A DNA stretch of 64,000 nucleotides from the NCBI GenBank assembly GCA_902586905.1, contig CACIJH010000006.1:9874-73873 (forward strand). Direction: 5' to 3'. A program made the position numbers and the translations under genes. The notes under the pieces are model-generated. The model had not been told where the DNA came from, made no database searches, and saw nothing but the letters and a program-made list of their open reading frames with translations. Source of the stretch: an uncultured Bacteroidota bacterium (GTDB lineage Bacteria; Bacteroidota; Bacteroidia; Flavobacteriales; Flavobacteriaceae). Below, in pieces: positions 8,856 through 16,544 of this stretch. The first letter of the stretch is position 1; each line of letters starts with the position of its first letter.

Positions 8856-9869
8856 TTATTTGAGTTTAGTCATTAGGTGATTAAAAATCATTTCGGTGGC
8901 TTCTTCTACTGAATTGTTTGATGTGTCTATAGAAATATCTGGAGCATTCGGAGATTGATATGGTGCAGAAATTCCTGTGAAATTGTCTATTTCACCAGCT
9001 CGTGCTTTTGCATAAAGCCCTTTGATATCTCTTTTCTCGCACTCCTCAATAGGTGTACATACATAGATTTCAATGTAATTTTGAGCACCTACTATCTGAC
9101 GAACCATATTTCTGTCTTTTTCAAACGGTGATATGAATGATGCACATACCACCAAGCCCGCATCCAGCATAAGGTGCGCAATTTCTGAAATTCTACGGAT
9201 ATTTTCTTTTCTGTCTGCCTCGGTAAAGCCTAAATTGCTGTTAATTCCAGATCGAACGTTGTCTCCGTCAAGGGCATAGGTTGCGAAACCAGCCGCAAAA
9301 AGACGTTTTTCAGTAGCGTTGGATAACGTCGACTTTCCTGATCCTGAGAGTCCTGTGAACCATATAAGCTTACCTTTTTGACCGAGCCTTTCTTCTCTTT
9401 CTTGTTGCGTCACCTCAAAATCGTGAGCTACAATATTTGTTTTTGCGTCCGTTTCTTTTTTAGCTTTTCTTTTATTGCGTTGATCTAGTCCAAAATTTAT
9501 CCGATACCAAAGTTTTTCATGAAAGAAATACAAGATCATTTTAGTGATTGTCTCCGCCCCGCCAATTTGAAGCCCTGCAGAGATGTCGCCTAATATGATC
9601 CAACTAATGATTATGGTGTCTAAGGTGCCTATAAGCCTCCATGTAAACGTTTTATAGATGTGCCTTTTGTTAGGGTTCTGTATTGTAGACTTAAACCATG
9701 CTCTTTCATGGAGATAATACCAAATCATTTTGGTAATGATTGTGTAGGCCGAAATACTCACGCCCTTTTCCACATTTCCGCTTAATAGCCACGCAAAAAG
9801 AAGGGTGTCTAAAGTGCCAATTGCCCTCCAGGAGAAAGTTTTGGCTATATGTCTTTTGGCAACTTTCAT
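8856..9869 (-). CDS. cysC: Adenylylsulfate (APS) kinase fused to an N-terminal duplicated DUF2061-like membrane domain
   Basis: The C-terminal half carries the P-loop FTGLSGSGKSTL plus LDGDNVR and FISP motifs of CysC. The N-terminal 130 aa hold two copies of the KTF(S/T)WR.IGTLDT... hydrophobic repeat. The stop abuts the cysD start. Confidence 0.9.
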   Translation of the reverse strand: MKVAKRHIAKTFSWRAIGTLDTLLFAWLLSGNVEKGVSISAYTIITKMIWYYLHERAWFKSTIQNPNKRHIYKTFTWRLIGTLDTIIISWIILGDISAGLQIGGAETITKMILYFFHEKLWYRINFGLDQRNKRKAKKETDAKTNIVAHDFEVTQQEREERLGQKGKLIWFTGLSGSGKSTLSNATEKRLFAAGFATYALDGDNVRSGINSNLGFTEADRKENIRRISEIAHLMLDAGLVVCASFISPFEKDRNMVRQIVGAQNYIEIYVCTPIEECEKRDIKGLYAKARAGEIDNFTGISAPYQSPNAPDISIDTSNNSVEEATEMIFNHLMTKLK

Positions 9870-10672
9870 TTTGTGTCTCTAGATACTATAAAGAAAGGGT
9901 TTAACAAATTCTTTTTATTGTAAGAAAGGTGTTCAGATGTCTCCGCAGCAACCATTTTGCAACCAGCATATGTGGCTACTGCGTGAGCTGCTGCCGTATC
10001 CCACTCCATTGTGGGTCCAAAACGAGGGTAGCAATGGGCATGTCCTTCTGCTACTTTGCAAATTTTTAATGAGCTTCCAAAAGATTTAGATGCTACTGCC
10101 CCGTGCTCTATTTTCATTTTATGAATATAATCCTCCGTTTCTTGATTCATGTGTGATTTGGACACCACCAATGTAAATGTCTTCGGAAGATGTTGATTAC
10201 TGTTACTCAAATCAATGTGAAATGAATTTTCTAATTGGTCAAAGTCCGAAATGTCTTCAATTTTAAAAGCGCCTAAGCCATGTTCTGCATAATACAATAC
10301 CTTTGTAGCGGGCACATAAACCACCCCCAATACAGGCGAGTTGTGCCGGATGAGGGCGACGTTGACCGTGAATTCGCCATTTCGTTTGATAAATTCTTTG
10401 GTGCCATCTATGGGGTCTAACATCCAAAATGATTCCCAAGATTTTCTTTCTTCATAGACACAAATATCATCTTCCTCTGAGAGAATTGGCAGGTTTGAAG
10501 AAGCCAGAATGTCTGTAATAATTTTATGCGATGCCTTGTCAGCCCTTGTAAGTGGAGAGTTGTCTTGCTTTAATTCTACAGCAAAATCTTCAGAGTTATA
10601 TATCTCCATAATCATCTCGCCAGCGGCAAAAGCAGCGGAAAGGGCAATTGATAGATTATCTGAATAATTCAA
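9866..10672 (-). CDS. cysQ: 3'(2'),5'-bisphosphate nucleotidase (PAP phosphatase), IMPase family
   Basis: WMLDPIDGTKEF metal-binding motif and the EEDD acidic motif. 268 aa, with a 4-nt overlap with the cysC fusion. Confidence 0.85.
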   Translation of the reverse strand: MNYSDNLSIALSAAFAAGEMIMEIYNSEDFAVELKQDNSPLTRADKASHKIITDILASSNLPILSEEDDICVYEERKSWESFWMLDPIDGTKEFIKRNGEFTVNVALIRHNSPVLGVVYVPATKVLYYAEHGLGAFKIEDISDFDQLENSFHIDLSNSNQHLPKTFTLVVSKSHMNQETEDYIHKMKIEHGAVASKSFGSSLKICKVAEGHAHCYPRFGPTMEWDTAAAHAVATYAGCKMVAAETSEHLSYNKKNLLNPFFIVSRDTK

Positions 10673-10732
10673 AAATGTTTGTGTTATTTTTTTGATTGAC
10701 TTTTTAATTAAAGTTGTTGTTTAAAACTTTTT

Positions 10733-10825
10733 TTAATCAAAAACACGCATCCGACCGCACATAGAATCAGCCAAATAGGCCTCGTCTTGACCTGTAACTC
10801 CTGTGATTAATGCTGTTTTATTCAT
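10733..10825 (-). pseudogene. Relic of the 5' end of GDP-mannose 4,6-dehydratase (gmd)
   Basis: An unlisted 30-codon ORF translates to MNKTALITGVTGQDEAYLADSMCGRMRVFD*. The first 20 or so residues match the conserved Gmd N-terminus (..ALITGITGQDGSYLAE..), after which similarity stops. It lies in an otherwise unexplained 160-bp gap in a tightly packed operon. Confidence 0.45.
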
Positions 10826-10833
10826 TTGTTTTC

Positions 10834-11259
10834 CTAATGTTTTTTTAACAACCAACTACTACTCTGTATCTTCTCGCCCAGCCCATCGATCAGCGCTACC
10901 CCTAAATCCTTACATACGGGTATTTCAGGAATGGTCTCGTTGTTTTGATCACCCCCATTGGCAAAGGCCAGTTCGAGGGTGTCGCCATAGTCCTCCGCGA
11001 TTTTGGCAATCGTTTGGCAGACTGTTCGGTCTTGGTCTATGGAAAGAATGGCTTTGTCCACCGCTTTGATGTTGGAGACAATCAACATACGTTCTTCCTC
11101 GTCTTGGAAGGGCTTGCTGCCTTTTAATTCCCTTTGACAATCGTTGTTGACAATCACAAACAGTTCGTCACACAAGGCTTTGGCATTATTAAAATACTCC
11201 AAATGCCCTTTGTGCAGGGGGTTAAAATAGCCCGAAACGATGATTGCCTTTTTCTTCAT
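10834..11259 (-). CDS. Cytidylyltransferase-like nucleotidyltransferase (TagD / RfaE-domain-II type)
   Basis: HxGH motif in VSGYFNPLHKGHLEYF. 141 aa. The start overlaps the glmS stop (TAATG). Confidence 0.7.
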   Translation of the reverse strand: MKKKAIIVSGYFNPLHKGHLEYFNNAKALCDELFVIVNNDCQRELKGSKPFQDEEERMLIVSNIKAVDKAILSIDQDRTVCQTIAKIAEDYGDTLELAFANGGDQNNETIPEIPVCKDLGVALIDGLGEKIQSSSWLLKKH

Positions 11260-13100
11260 TATTCCACCGTTACGGATTTTGCTAGGTTTCTAGGCTGATC
11301 CACATTACAACTGCGCATGACAGCGATGTGATAGGCAAGTAACTGCAAGGGGACTGATGCCAAAATGGGCGTAAGGGACTCTGTCACTTCTGGGATCTCA
11401 ATCACATGATCCGCCAATGATTTGACAGACTTATCGCCCTTGGTCACAACGGCAATGATTTTCCCATCTCTGGATTTAATTTCTTGGATATTGCTCACAA
11501 CCTTTTCATAATGCCCTTTGTTAGTAGCAATCACCACCACAGGCATGTTTTTGTCGATAAGCGCAATAGGGCCATGTTTCATTTCTGCTGCAGGATAGCC
11601 CTCTGCGTGTATGTAGGAGATTTCCTTTAGCTTTAGCGCCCCTTCCAAAGCCACTGGAAAATTATACCCCCGGCCTAAATACAAAAAGTTGGCAGCATCT
11701 TTGTAATTTTTTGCAATCTGCTGAATCTCCTTTTCACTTTTCAGTACGGTTTGTACGGCATTGGGAAGGGTTTCCAATTCCTCGGCAACACGATTAAACT
11801 CTTCTGCTGATAATGTTCCGCGCAATTGCCCCAAACGCAATCCAATCAAGATCAAGAGTGTGATTTGAGTAGTAAACGCCTTAGTCGATGCCACCCCAAT
11901 TTCTGGGCCTGCATGGGTGTAGGCACCTGTATCCGCAACGCGGGCAATGGAGCTTCCCACCACATTACAAATCCCAAAGACAAAAGCCCCTGATTCTTTG
12001 GCCAGCTTGATCGCTGCTAAAGTGTCTGCTGTTTCGCCAGACTGAGAAATCGCAATCACGACATCGTCTTTATCAATCACGGGGTTGCGATAGCGAAACT
12101 CGGATGCGTATTCCACCTCAACAGGGATACGAGCTGCATCTTCAAACAAATATTCGCCCACCAAGCCTGCGTGCCAAGAGGTGCCACAAGCAACAATAAT
12201 GATTCTTTTGGCTTTCTGAAACACCTCTTTGTGTTCTTCTAACCCAGACAATAAAATCTGTTGTTCATCCCTATGAAGCCTTCCCCTAAAGGTGTCGATA
12301 ATGGCATTGGGCTGCTCATAAATCTCTTTGAGCATAAAATGGTCATAACCCCCTTTCTCTATTTTTTCCAAACTAAGTTGCAGTTCTTGAATATGTGGAT
12401 CAACCCGACTATTGTCTGGAATCGCGTACATTTTTAATCCCTTGTCTTGGTTGATGACTGCCATTTCGTTGTCTTCCAAATAAATGGAACGATTGGTATA
12501 TTCAATAAAAGGGGAAGCGTCAGATGCTATAAAGTATTCATCTTTCCCAAGGCCAATGGCCAATGGGCTTCCGAGTTTGGCAACCACCACTTCTTTGGGT
12601 CTTTCTTTGTCAAAAACAGCAATGGCATAGGCACCAACCACTTGATTAAGCGCAATTTGAACGGCTTTTCCTGTTTTGAGTCCTTGCGTGATTTGAATGT
12701 GTTCAATCAGGTTGACCAAAACTTCTGTGTCTGTTTCAGAAGAGAAGCTAAACCCCTGGTCAGTCAAATAGGATCGTAGTGATTCGTAGTTTTCAATGAT
12801 CCCATTGTGAACCAATACCAAACGACCAGAGTTGGAGGTGTGTGGGTGAGCATTCACATCATTGGGAACACCATGTGTTGCCCAGCGTGTATGGCCAATG
12901 CCAAGTGTGCCAGAGCGATGATTTTGTTCTGCCTTTGCTTCCAAATCTGCAACTTTTCCTTTGGTTTTGGTCAGGTGTAATTCGCTGTTGAGTAAGGCAA
13001 TCCCTGCACTGTCATAACCTCGATATTCAAGGCGTTTTAACCCCTGAATTATAATAGGATATGCAGCGCGATATCCGATATAACCTACAATTCCACACAT
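11259..13100 (-). CDS. glmS: Glutamine--fructose-6-phosphate aminotransferase
   Basis: MCGIVGYIG N-terminal nucleophile, two SIS domains and the C-terminal ...LAKSVTVE. 613 aa. Confidence 0.97.
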   Translation of the reverse strand: MCGIVGYIGYRAAYPIIIQGLKRLEYRGYDSAGIALLNSELHLTKTKGKVADLEAKAEQNHRSGTLGIGHTRWATHGVPNDVNAHPHTSNSGRLVLVHNGIIENYESLRSYLTDQGFSFSSETDTEVLVNLIEHIQITQGLKTGKAVQIALNQVVGAYAIAVFDKERPKEVVVAKLGSPLAIGLGKDEYFIASDASPFIEYTNRSIYLEDNEMAVINQDKGLKMYAIPDNSRVDPHIQELQLSLEKIEKGGYDHFMLKEIYEQPNAIIDTFRGRLHRDEQQILLSGLEEHKEVFQKAKRIIIVACGTSWHAGLVGEYLFEDAARIPVEVEYASEFRYRNPVIDKDDVVIAISQSGETADTLAAIKLAKESGAFVFGICNVVGSSIARVADTGAYTHAGPEIGVASTKAFTTQITLLILIGLRLGQLRGTLSAEEFNRVAEELETLPNAVQTVLKSEKEIQQIAKNYKDAANFLYLGRGYNFPVALEGALKLKEISYIHAEGYPAAEMKHGPIALIDKNMPVVVIATNKGHYEKVVSNIQEIKSRDGKIIAVVTKGDKSVKSLADHVIEIPEVTESLTPILASVPLQLLAYHIAVMRSCNVDQPRNLAKSVTVE

Positions 13101-13102
13101 AC

Positions 13103-14515
13103 TTATTCGATTCCTTTTCCAATCTCATAGGCAATAAAGCCAATGGATTGCAAGTGATTATGGTCTAAAATTTTTCTTCCGTCAAACACAAAAGCGGGCT
13201 TTTCCATTTGATTATAAATCTTTTTAAAGTCTTGGGTTTTAAACTCATCCCACTCTGTAATAACGGCTAACCCATGGGCTTTCTTACATGCTACCTCAGC
13301 AGAATCGACACTATGGAGTTTTGCTAACTTTCCGTTGATGTCTGTTTCCGTTTCTCCACGGAACTCCCATAAAGTTTGTAGATCCATCTGCATCCGAGCT
13401 AAAGACACTTTTGGGTCATACACAACAATCTCCGCACCTTCAGAGAGTAATTGATCTGCTACATAAATCGCTGCGGATTCTCGTGTGTCGTTGGTATCCT
13501 TTTTAAAGGCCCAACCCCAAAAGGCAATTTTTTTACCATTCACCGTATTGAATAAGGCCTGTTGAATTCGATTGGCAAACCGATTCTTCTGGTAATCGTT
13601 TATGGTAATAACGCCCTTCCAATAGTCGGCTACTTCATCTAGCCCATATTGCTGGCAGAGATAAACTAGATTTAAAATATCTTTTTGAAAACAGCTCCCT
13701 CCAAAACCGATGGATGCTTTTAAAAATTTGGGTCCAATCCGACTGTCCTTGCCAACTGCTGTGGCAACTTCTTCCACATCTGCACCTGTGGCTTCGCAAA
13801 GGGCAGAAATACTGTTGATGGAACTAATCCGTTGAGCCAAAAAAGCATTGGACACAAGTTTTGAAAGCTCGGATGACCATACATTGGTGGTCACAATTTT
13901 TTCACGTGGAATCCAATTTGCATAAATGTCAACCAATGCCTCAACGGCCTTTTTGCCTTTAGGTGTTGTGCGTCCTCCAATCAACACTCGATCTGATTTA
14001 AACAAATCGGCAATGGCTGTTCCTTCGGCTAAAAACTCGGGGTTGGACAGTACCTCAAAATGTGCTCCGTGGGGTGATTGTTCCAATATGGTTTGTATTG
14101 CCTCTGCTGTTCGAACAGGAAGTGTACTTTTTTCGACCACTATTTTGTCAGTCGTTGCAACTTCGGCAATTCGTCGGGCGCATTGTTCTACGTATGTTAG
14201 ATCTGCTGCCATCCCTTTGCCTTTACCATAGGTTTTGGTGGGAGTGTTCACAGCGATAAAAATAATATCTGCCTCCTCTATGGCTTTGTCGATATCTGTT
14301 GAAAAAAAGAGGTTTTTGTTTCGTGCTTTTGCCACAACTTCAGCCAAACCAGGTTCGTATATGGGTAGTTTGTCCAAGTCGGGGTCATTCCAAGCAGCAA
14401 TGCGCTCTTCGCTGATGTCAACCACATTAACTGTCATATTGGGACACTGCCTAGCGATCACCGCCATGGTGGGTCCGCCTACATAGCCAGCTCCAATACA
14501 ACATATCTTATTCAT
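13103..14515 (-). CDS. ugd: UDP-glucose 6-dehydrogenase, long eukaryote-like form
   Basis: [43 protein letters not shown] and [10 protein letters not shown] are near-colinear with animal/plant UGDH as I remember it. I prefer the MNKICC start at 14515 over the track start at 14536. Confidence 0.93.
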   Translation of the reverse strand: MNKICCIGAGYVGGPTMAVIARQCPNMTVNVVDISEERIAAWNDPDLDKLPIYEPGLAEVVAKARNKNLFFSTDIDKAIEEADIIFIAVNTPTKTYGKGKGMAADLTYVEQCARRIAEVATTDKIVVEKSTLPVRTAEAIQTILEQSPHGAHFEVLSNPEFLAEGTAIADLFKSDRVLIGGRTTPKGKKAVEALVDIYANWIPREKIVTTNVWSSELSKLVSNAFLAQRISSINSISALCEATGADVEEVATAVGKDSRIGPKFLKASIGFGGSCFQKDILNLVYLCQQYGLDEVADYWKGVITINDYQKNRFANRIQQALFNTVNGKKIAFWGWAFKKDTNDTRESAAIYVADQLLSEGAEIVVYDPKVSLARMQMDLQTLWEFRGETETDINGKLAKLHSVDSAEVACKKAHGLAVITEWDEFKTQDFKKIYNQMEKPAFVFDGRKILDHNHLQSIGFIAYEIGKGIE

Positions 14516-15197
14516 CGCTGTTGGTTTTGGTTGCAAAAGTAGGAATTTTATAGGTGAGCATCAGCCCTCCACGATAAGCAACAACTTCTCCTGATCCATT
14601 GAATGGTCGATAAACCTTCTCGTCTGGATTGTCCAAGTCAACCCGCCGAAGGCCTTTGTAGCCTTTATACCATGACTGTGCTAGCCCAGCGCCAATGAAG
14701 AACTCTAAACCAAACCCCTTTTTCAATCGTTTTTTATATCCAATTGTCAGCCCATAAAACGCCGCACGACCAGAGTGGTACTCATCATCTGGAATATCAA
14801 AACGATTTTCTACACCTTCTTTTTCTTCCCAATAGTCATAAATGACAGCAAAGTTTGGCTTTTGAAGGGTGAACATACCAAAGCCAAGGTGTGGGGCAAT
14901 AAACCAATTTTGGGTATCTTCTTTACGATACCATCGATATTCTAAAAACACTTGGTTTACATGAAAAGGGGTGTCGTCGAGAAGTGGTTGTTCGTCCCAA
15001 AACGAAGCAAGTACATCGAGTTGAAACGATTGTTTTTCACTCACAGGGACTTCAAGTCCAAAATTGGGAATTAAAAATGGAAGTGTTGCTAAGTTGACTT
15101 TTGCCTCGGTTTGAGCAATTACTGATGAGTTAATTAAAAGCAAGAATATTAGGTGTTTGACTTGAATAAAAGTCTTTGTGTGGGGTCTTTTGTACAT
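14508..15197 (-). CDS. Secreted outer-membrane beta-barrel-like protein (DUF3575-like)
   Basis: Signal peptide [15 protein letters not shown]. Alternating aromatic/aliphatic beta-strand pattern, and the protein ends in an aromatic-rich strand. The family name comes from memory only. Confidence 0.5.
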   Translation of the reverse strand: MYKRPHTKTFIQVKHLIFLLLINSSVIAQTEAKVNLATLPFLIPNFGLEVPVSEKQSFQLDVLASFWDEQPLLDDTPFHVNQVFLEYRWYRKEDTQNWFIAPHLGFGMFTLQKPNFAVIYDYWEEKEGVENRFDIPDDEYHSGRAAFYGLTIGYKKRLKKGFGLEFFIGAGLAQSWYKGYKGLRRVDLDNPDEKVYRPFNGSGEVVAYRGGLMLTYKIPTFATKTNSDE

Positions 15198-15202
15198 AAT
15201 AT

Positions 15203-16492
15203 CTAGTTTAGTAGGTTTCTTTTGAAATAATAAATGAGCTGACGCTTGTCGTTGGGGTCTTTTACGATTTTAATGATGCTTTTCCCCACAAGTTTTTTCA
15301 TCAGTGTGTTGATGGATTCAATGGCATCTGCTTTTCTTTTGTTGTTTTGTGAATCACTCAGGTCATCTCGCCCTATCAATTGAAGGATATCATCTGTTGT
15401 TGCTCTCAACTTTGATTGCAACAATACCAATATCATCTCCTCCTCTTCAGATAGCGCAAAAAACTCAAGTTTATTGCGTATTCCTCCACGCACCAAACGA
15501 GGCGTACGCATACGAACCACAATCACCCATAGGTAACCCAAAGTAATGATAACAAAAGCAAGCACAGCAGCATATGTAAGGTTTAAAAATAAAGTCCTTT
15601 GGTCAAAGTAGAGGCGTTCTACTTTTTCTGGGTTAGCAAAAGTGCCTATACCCAATGCTTTTCCATATAGTTGGTTGTTTTTGAAATAATACAGTGAATC
15701 CCCTCTAAAAAAGGCTGGTTCAGATTTACTGATATTGGCAGAAGTAAGTCCTTGATTATAAAATAAAACATTGTTGTTTTTCAAATCTACCACTAGATTT
15801 TGTTCTGTATCAATTGGATGGCCAAACAAATAAAACAAACTGTCTTTTTGTACAATTTTATAGGGGGACAAATTAACTGCTGTTTTTCCTAGGTTTGTCC
15901 ACTTTCTTGTGATAAAGTCAAATGTCCATATGTCTTTGTTACTTTCACCCTCAAGCCCTGTGAATTTATCAATCTCTAGGCCGCCCACACTATAAAAAGT
16001 GTCTCCCAACAAAAAACAGGAACCACCATAAGCTTCAGAAGGGAAGCTAAATCCTTTGGTGGGATAATATTCCCATTCTGTTGTCGATTCATCAAAATAA
16101 GTAAAAAAGTTGTTTGCGCGCCAAAAACCATATCCCCCATAGCGAAAAAGAGTGTCGCGATAAACAAACTGACTCGCTTTCTTCTGCTTTCGGTGTTGAT
16201 ATGATCGATCGATCCGTAAGGTCTTTTCTTTTTCAATTCGATAAATCAACCCCCCCTTGTTGCTGGTCAGATGAAGTGCATCGCTGTACCAAATGGCTGA
16301 ATAGTCAGGATAATCTTCAGGTATTGGCTCTAATAGGAAAGTGTCCCGTTTTTTGGTTAAAAAATGCTCCTTAATAATCCTGTCTTCGTAAAACCGATAA
16401 GTAGATTCGTTGGTTTTATCGTACCAGGTCTTAACAGCTGTAGGAGACTGGGCGAAAAGGGGGAGTGTAAAAAGGATTAATAATAGTCGCAT
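15203..16492 (-). CDS. Single-pass membrane protein: extracytoplasmic kelch/beta-propeller-like domain, TM helix, cytoplasmic winged-helix domain
   Basis: Start chosen at MRLLLILFTLPLFAQS (signal peptide). Repeated ...F.YGGYG..., ...FYSVGG..., ...LFYLFG... and ...LYYF... blocks are kelch-like. The TM helix is YAAVLAFVIITLGYLWVIVV. The 103-aa tail with EEEMILVLLQSKLRATTDDILQLIG and a KKLVGKSIIKIVKDPNDKRQLIYYF wing looks like a MarR/PadR-type wHTH. Confidence 0.6.
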   Translation of the reverse strand: MRLLLILFTLPLFAQSPTAVKTWYDKTNESTYRFYEDRIIKEHFLTKKRDTFLLEPIPEDYPDYSAIWYSDALHLTSNKGGLIYRIEKEKTLRIDRSYQHRKQKKASQFVYRDTLFRYGGYGFWRANNFFTYFDESTTEWEYYPTKGFSFPSEAYGGSCFLLGDTFYSVGGLEIDKFTGLEGESNKDIWTFDFITRKWTNLGKTAVNLSPYKIVQKDSLFYLFGHPIDTEQNLVVDLKNNNVLFYNQGLTSANISKSEPAFFRGDSLYYFKNNQLYGKALGIGTFANPEKVERLYFDQRTLFLNLTYAAVLAFVIITLGYLWVIVVRMRTPRLVRGGIRNKLEFFALSEEEEMILVLLQSKLRATTDDILQLIGRDDLSDSQNNKRKADAIESINTLMKKLVGKSIIKIVKDPNDKRQLIYYFKRNLLN

Positions 16493-16532
16493 AAAAATAA
16501 GACTATTTTGTTTTTTGTTTTGCAAAGATACG

Positions 16533-16540
16533 TATTTTTG
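16533..16540 (+). promoter_or_regulatory. Bacteroidota -7 promoter motif candidate (TAnnTTTG) in the divergent control region
   Basis: TATTTTTG lies 4 nt upstream of the ATG at 16545, and TTTG runs sit at 16514-16522. The spacing to the start codon is very short, so support is weak. Confidence 0.25.
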
Positions 16541-16544
16541 TCCT

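Noticed and set aside
6673-10672. Reading cysD-cysN-cysC-cysQ as an ordinary assimilatory sulfate-reduction operon
   Set aside because: Not adopted as the primary interpretation. There is no cysH, cysIJ/sir or transporter in the window. The genes are translationally packed between glycan genes. cysQ and a sulfotransferase-like ORF are co-operonic. This reading is still possible if it is the only copy in the genome (see the refutation criteria of the first finding).
10673-10740. Apparent inverted repeat TTGATT...AATCAA downstream of the nucleotidyltransferase gene
   Set aside because: Only the 6-nt ends are complementary and the arms do not pair beyond that, so this is an AT-rich chance match.
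13101-13102. glmS ribozyme or other riboswitch leaders (glmS, TonB receptor, folB, amino-acid genes)
   Set aside because: glmS has no leader, because it abuts ugd. The upstream regions of the TonB receptor (60073-60165) and the other genes are under 100 nt and show no recognisable riboswitch cores.
13899-13912. Partial matches to the GTTCCACGTGGAAC palindrome: TTTTCACGTGGAAT at 13899-13912 and ATTCCACGTGTGGC at 16605-16618, plus several bare CACGTG hexamers
   Set aside because: They lie inside coding regions and only one half-site is conserved. 9-mer half-site hits and CACGTG hexamers are expected by chance at about this frequency in 128 kb of two-strand sequence.
16410-16544. 45-codon N-terminal extension of the WecA-type gene given by the track (start 16410)
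   Set aside because: The extension overlaps the 5' end of the divergent kelch/wHTH gene and is not hydrophobic or conserved-looking. MTISTLIVLLGY at 16545 is a typical WecA/MraY start.
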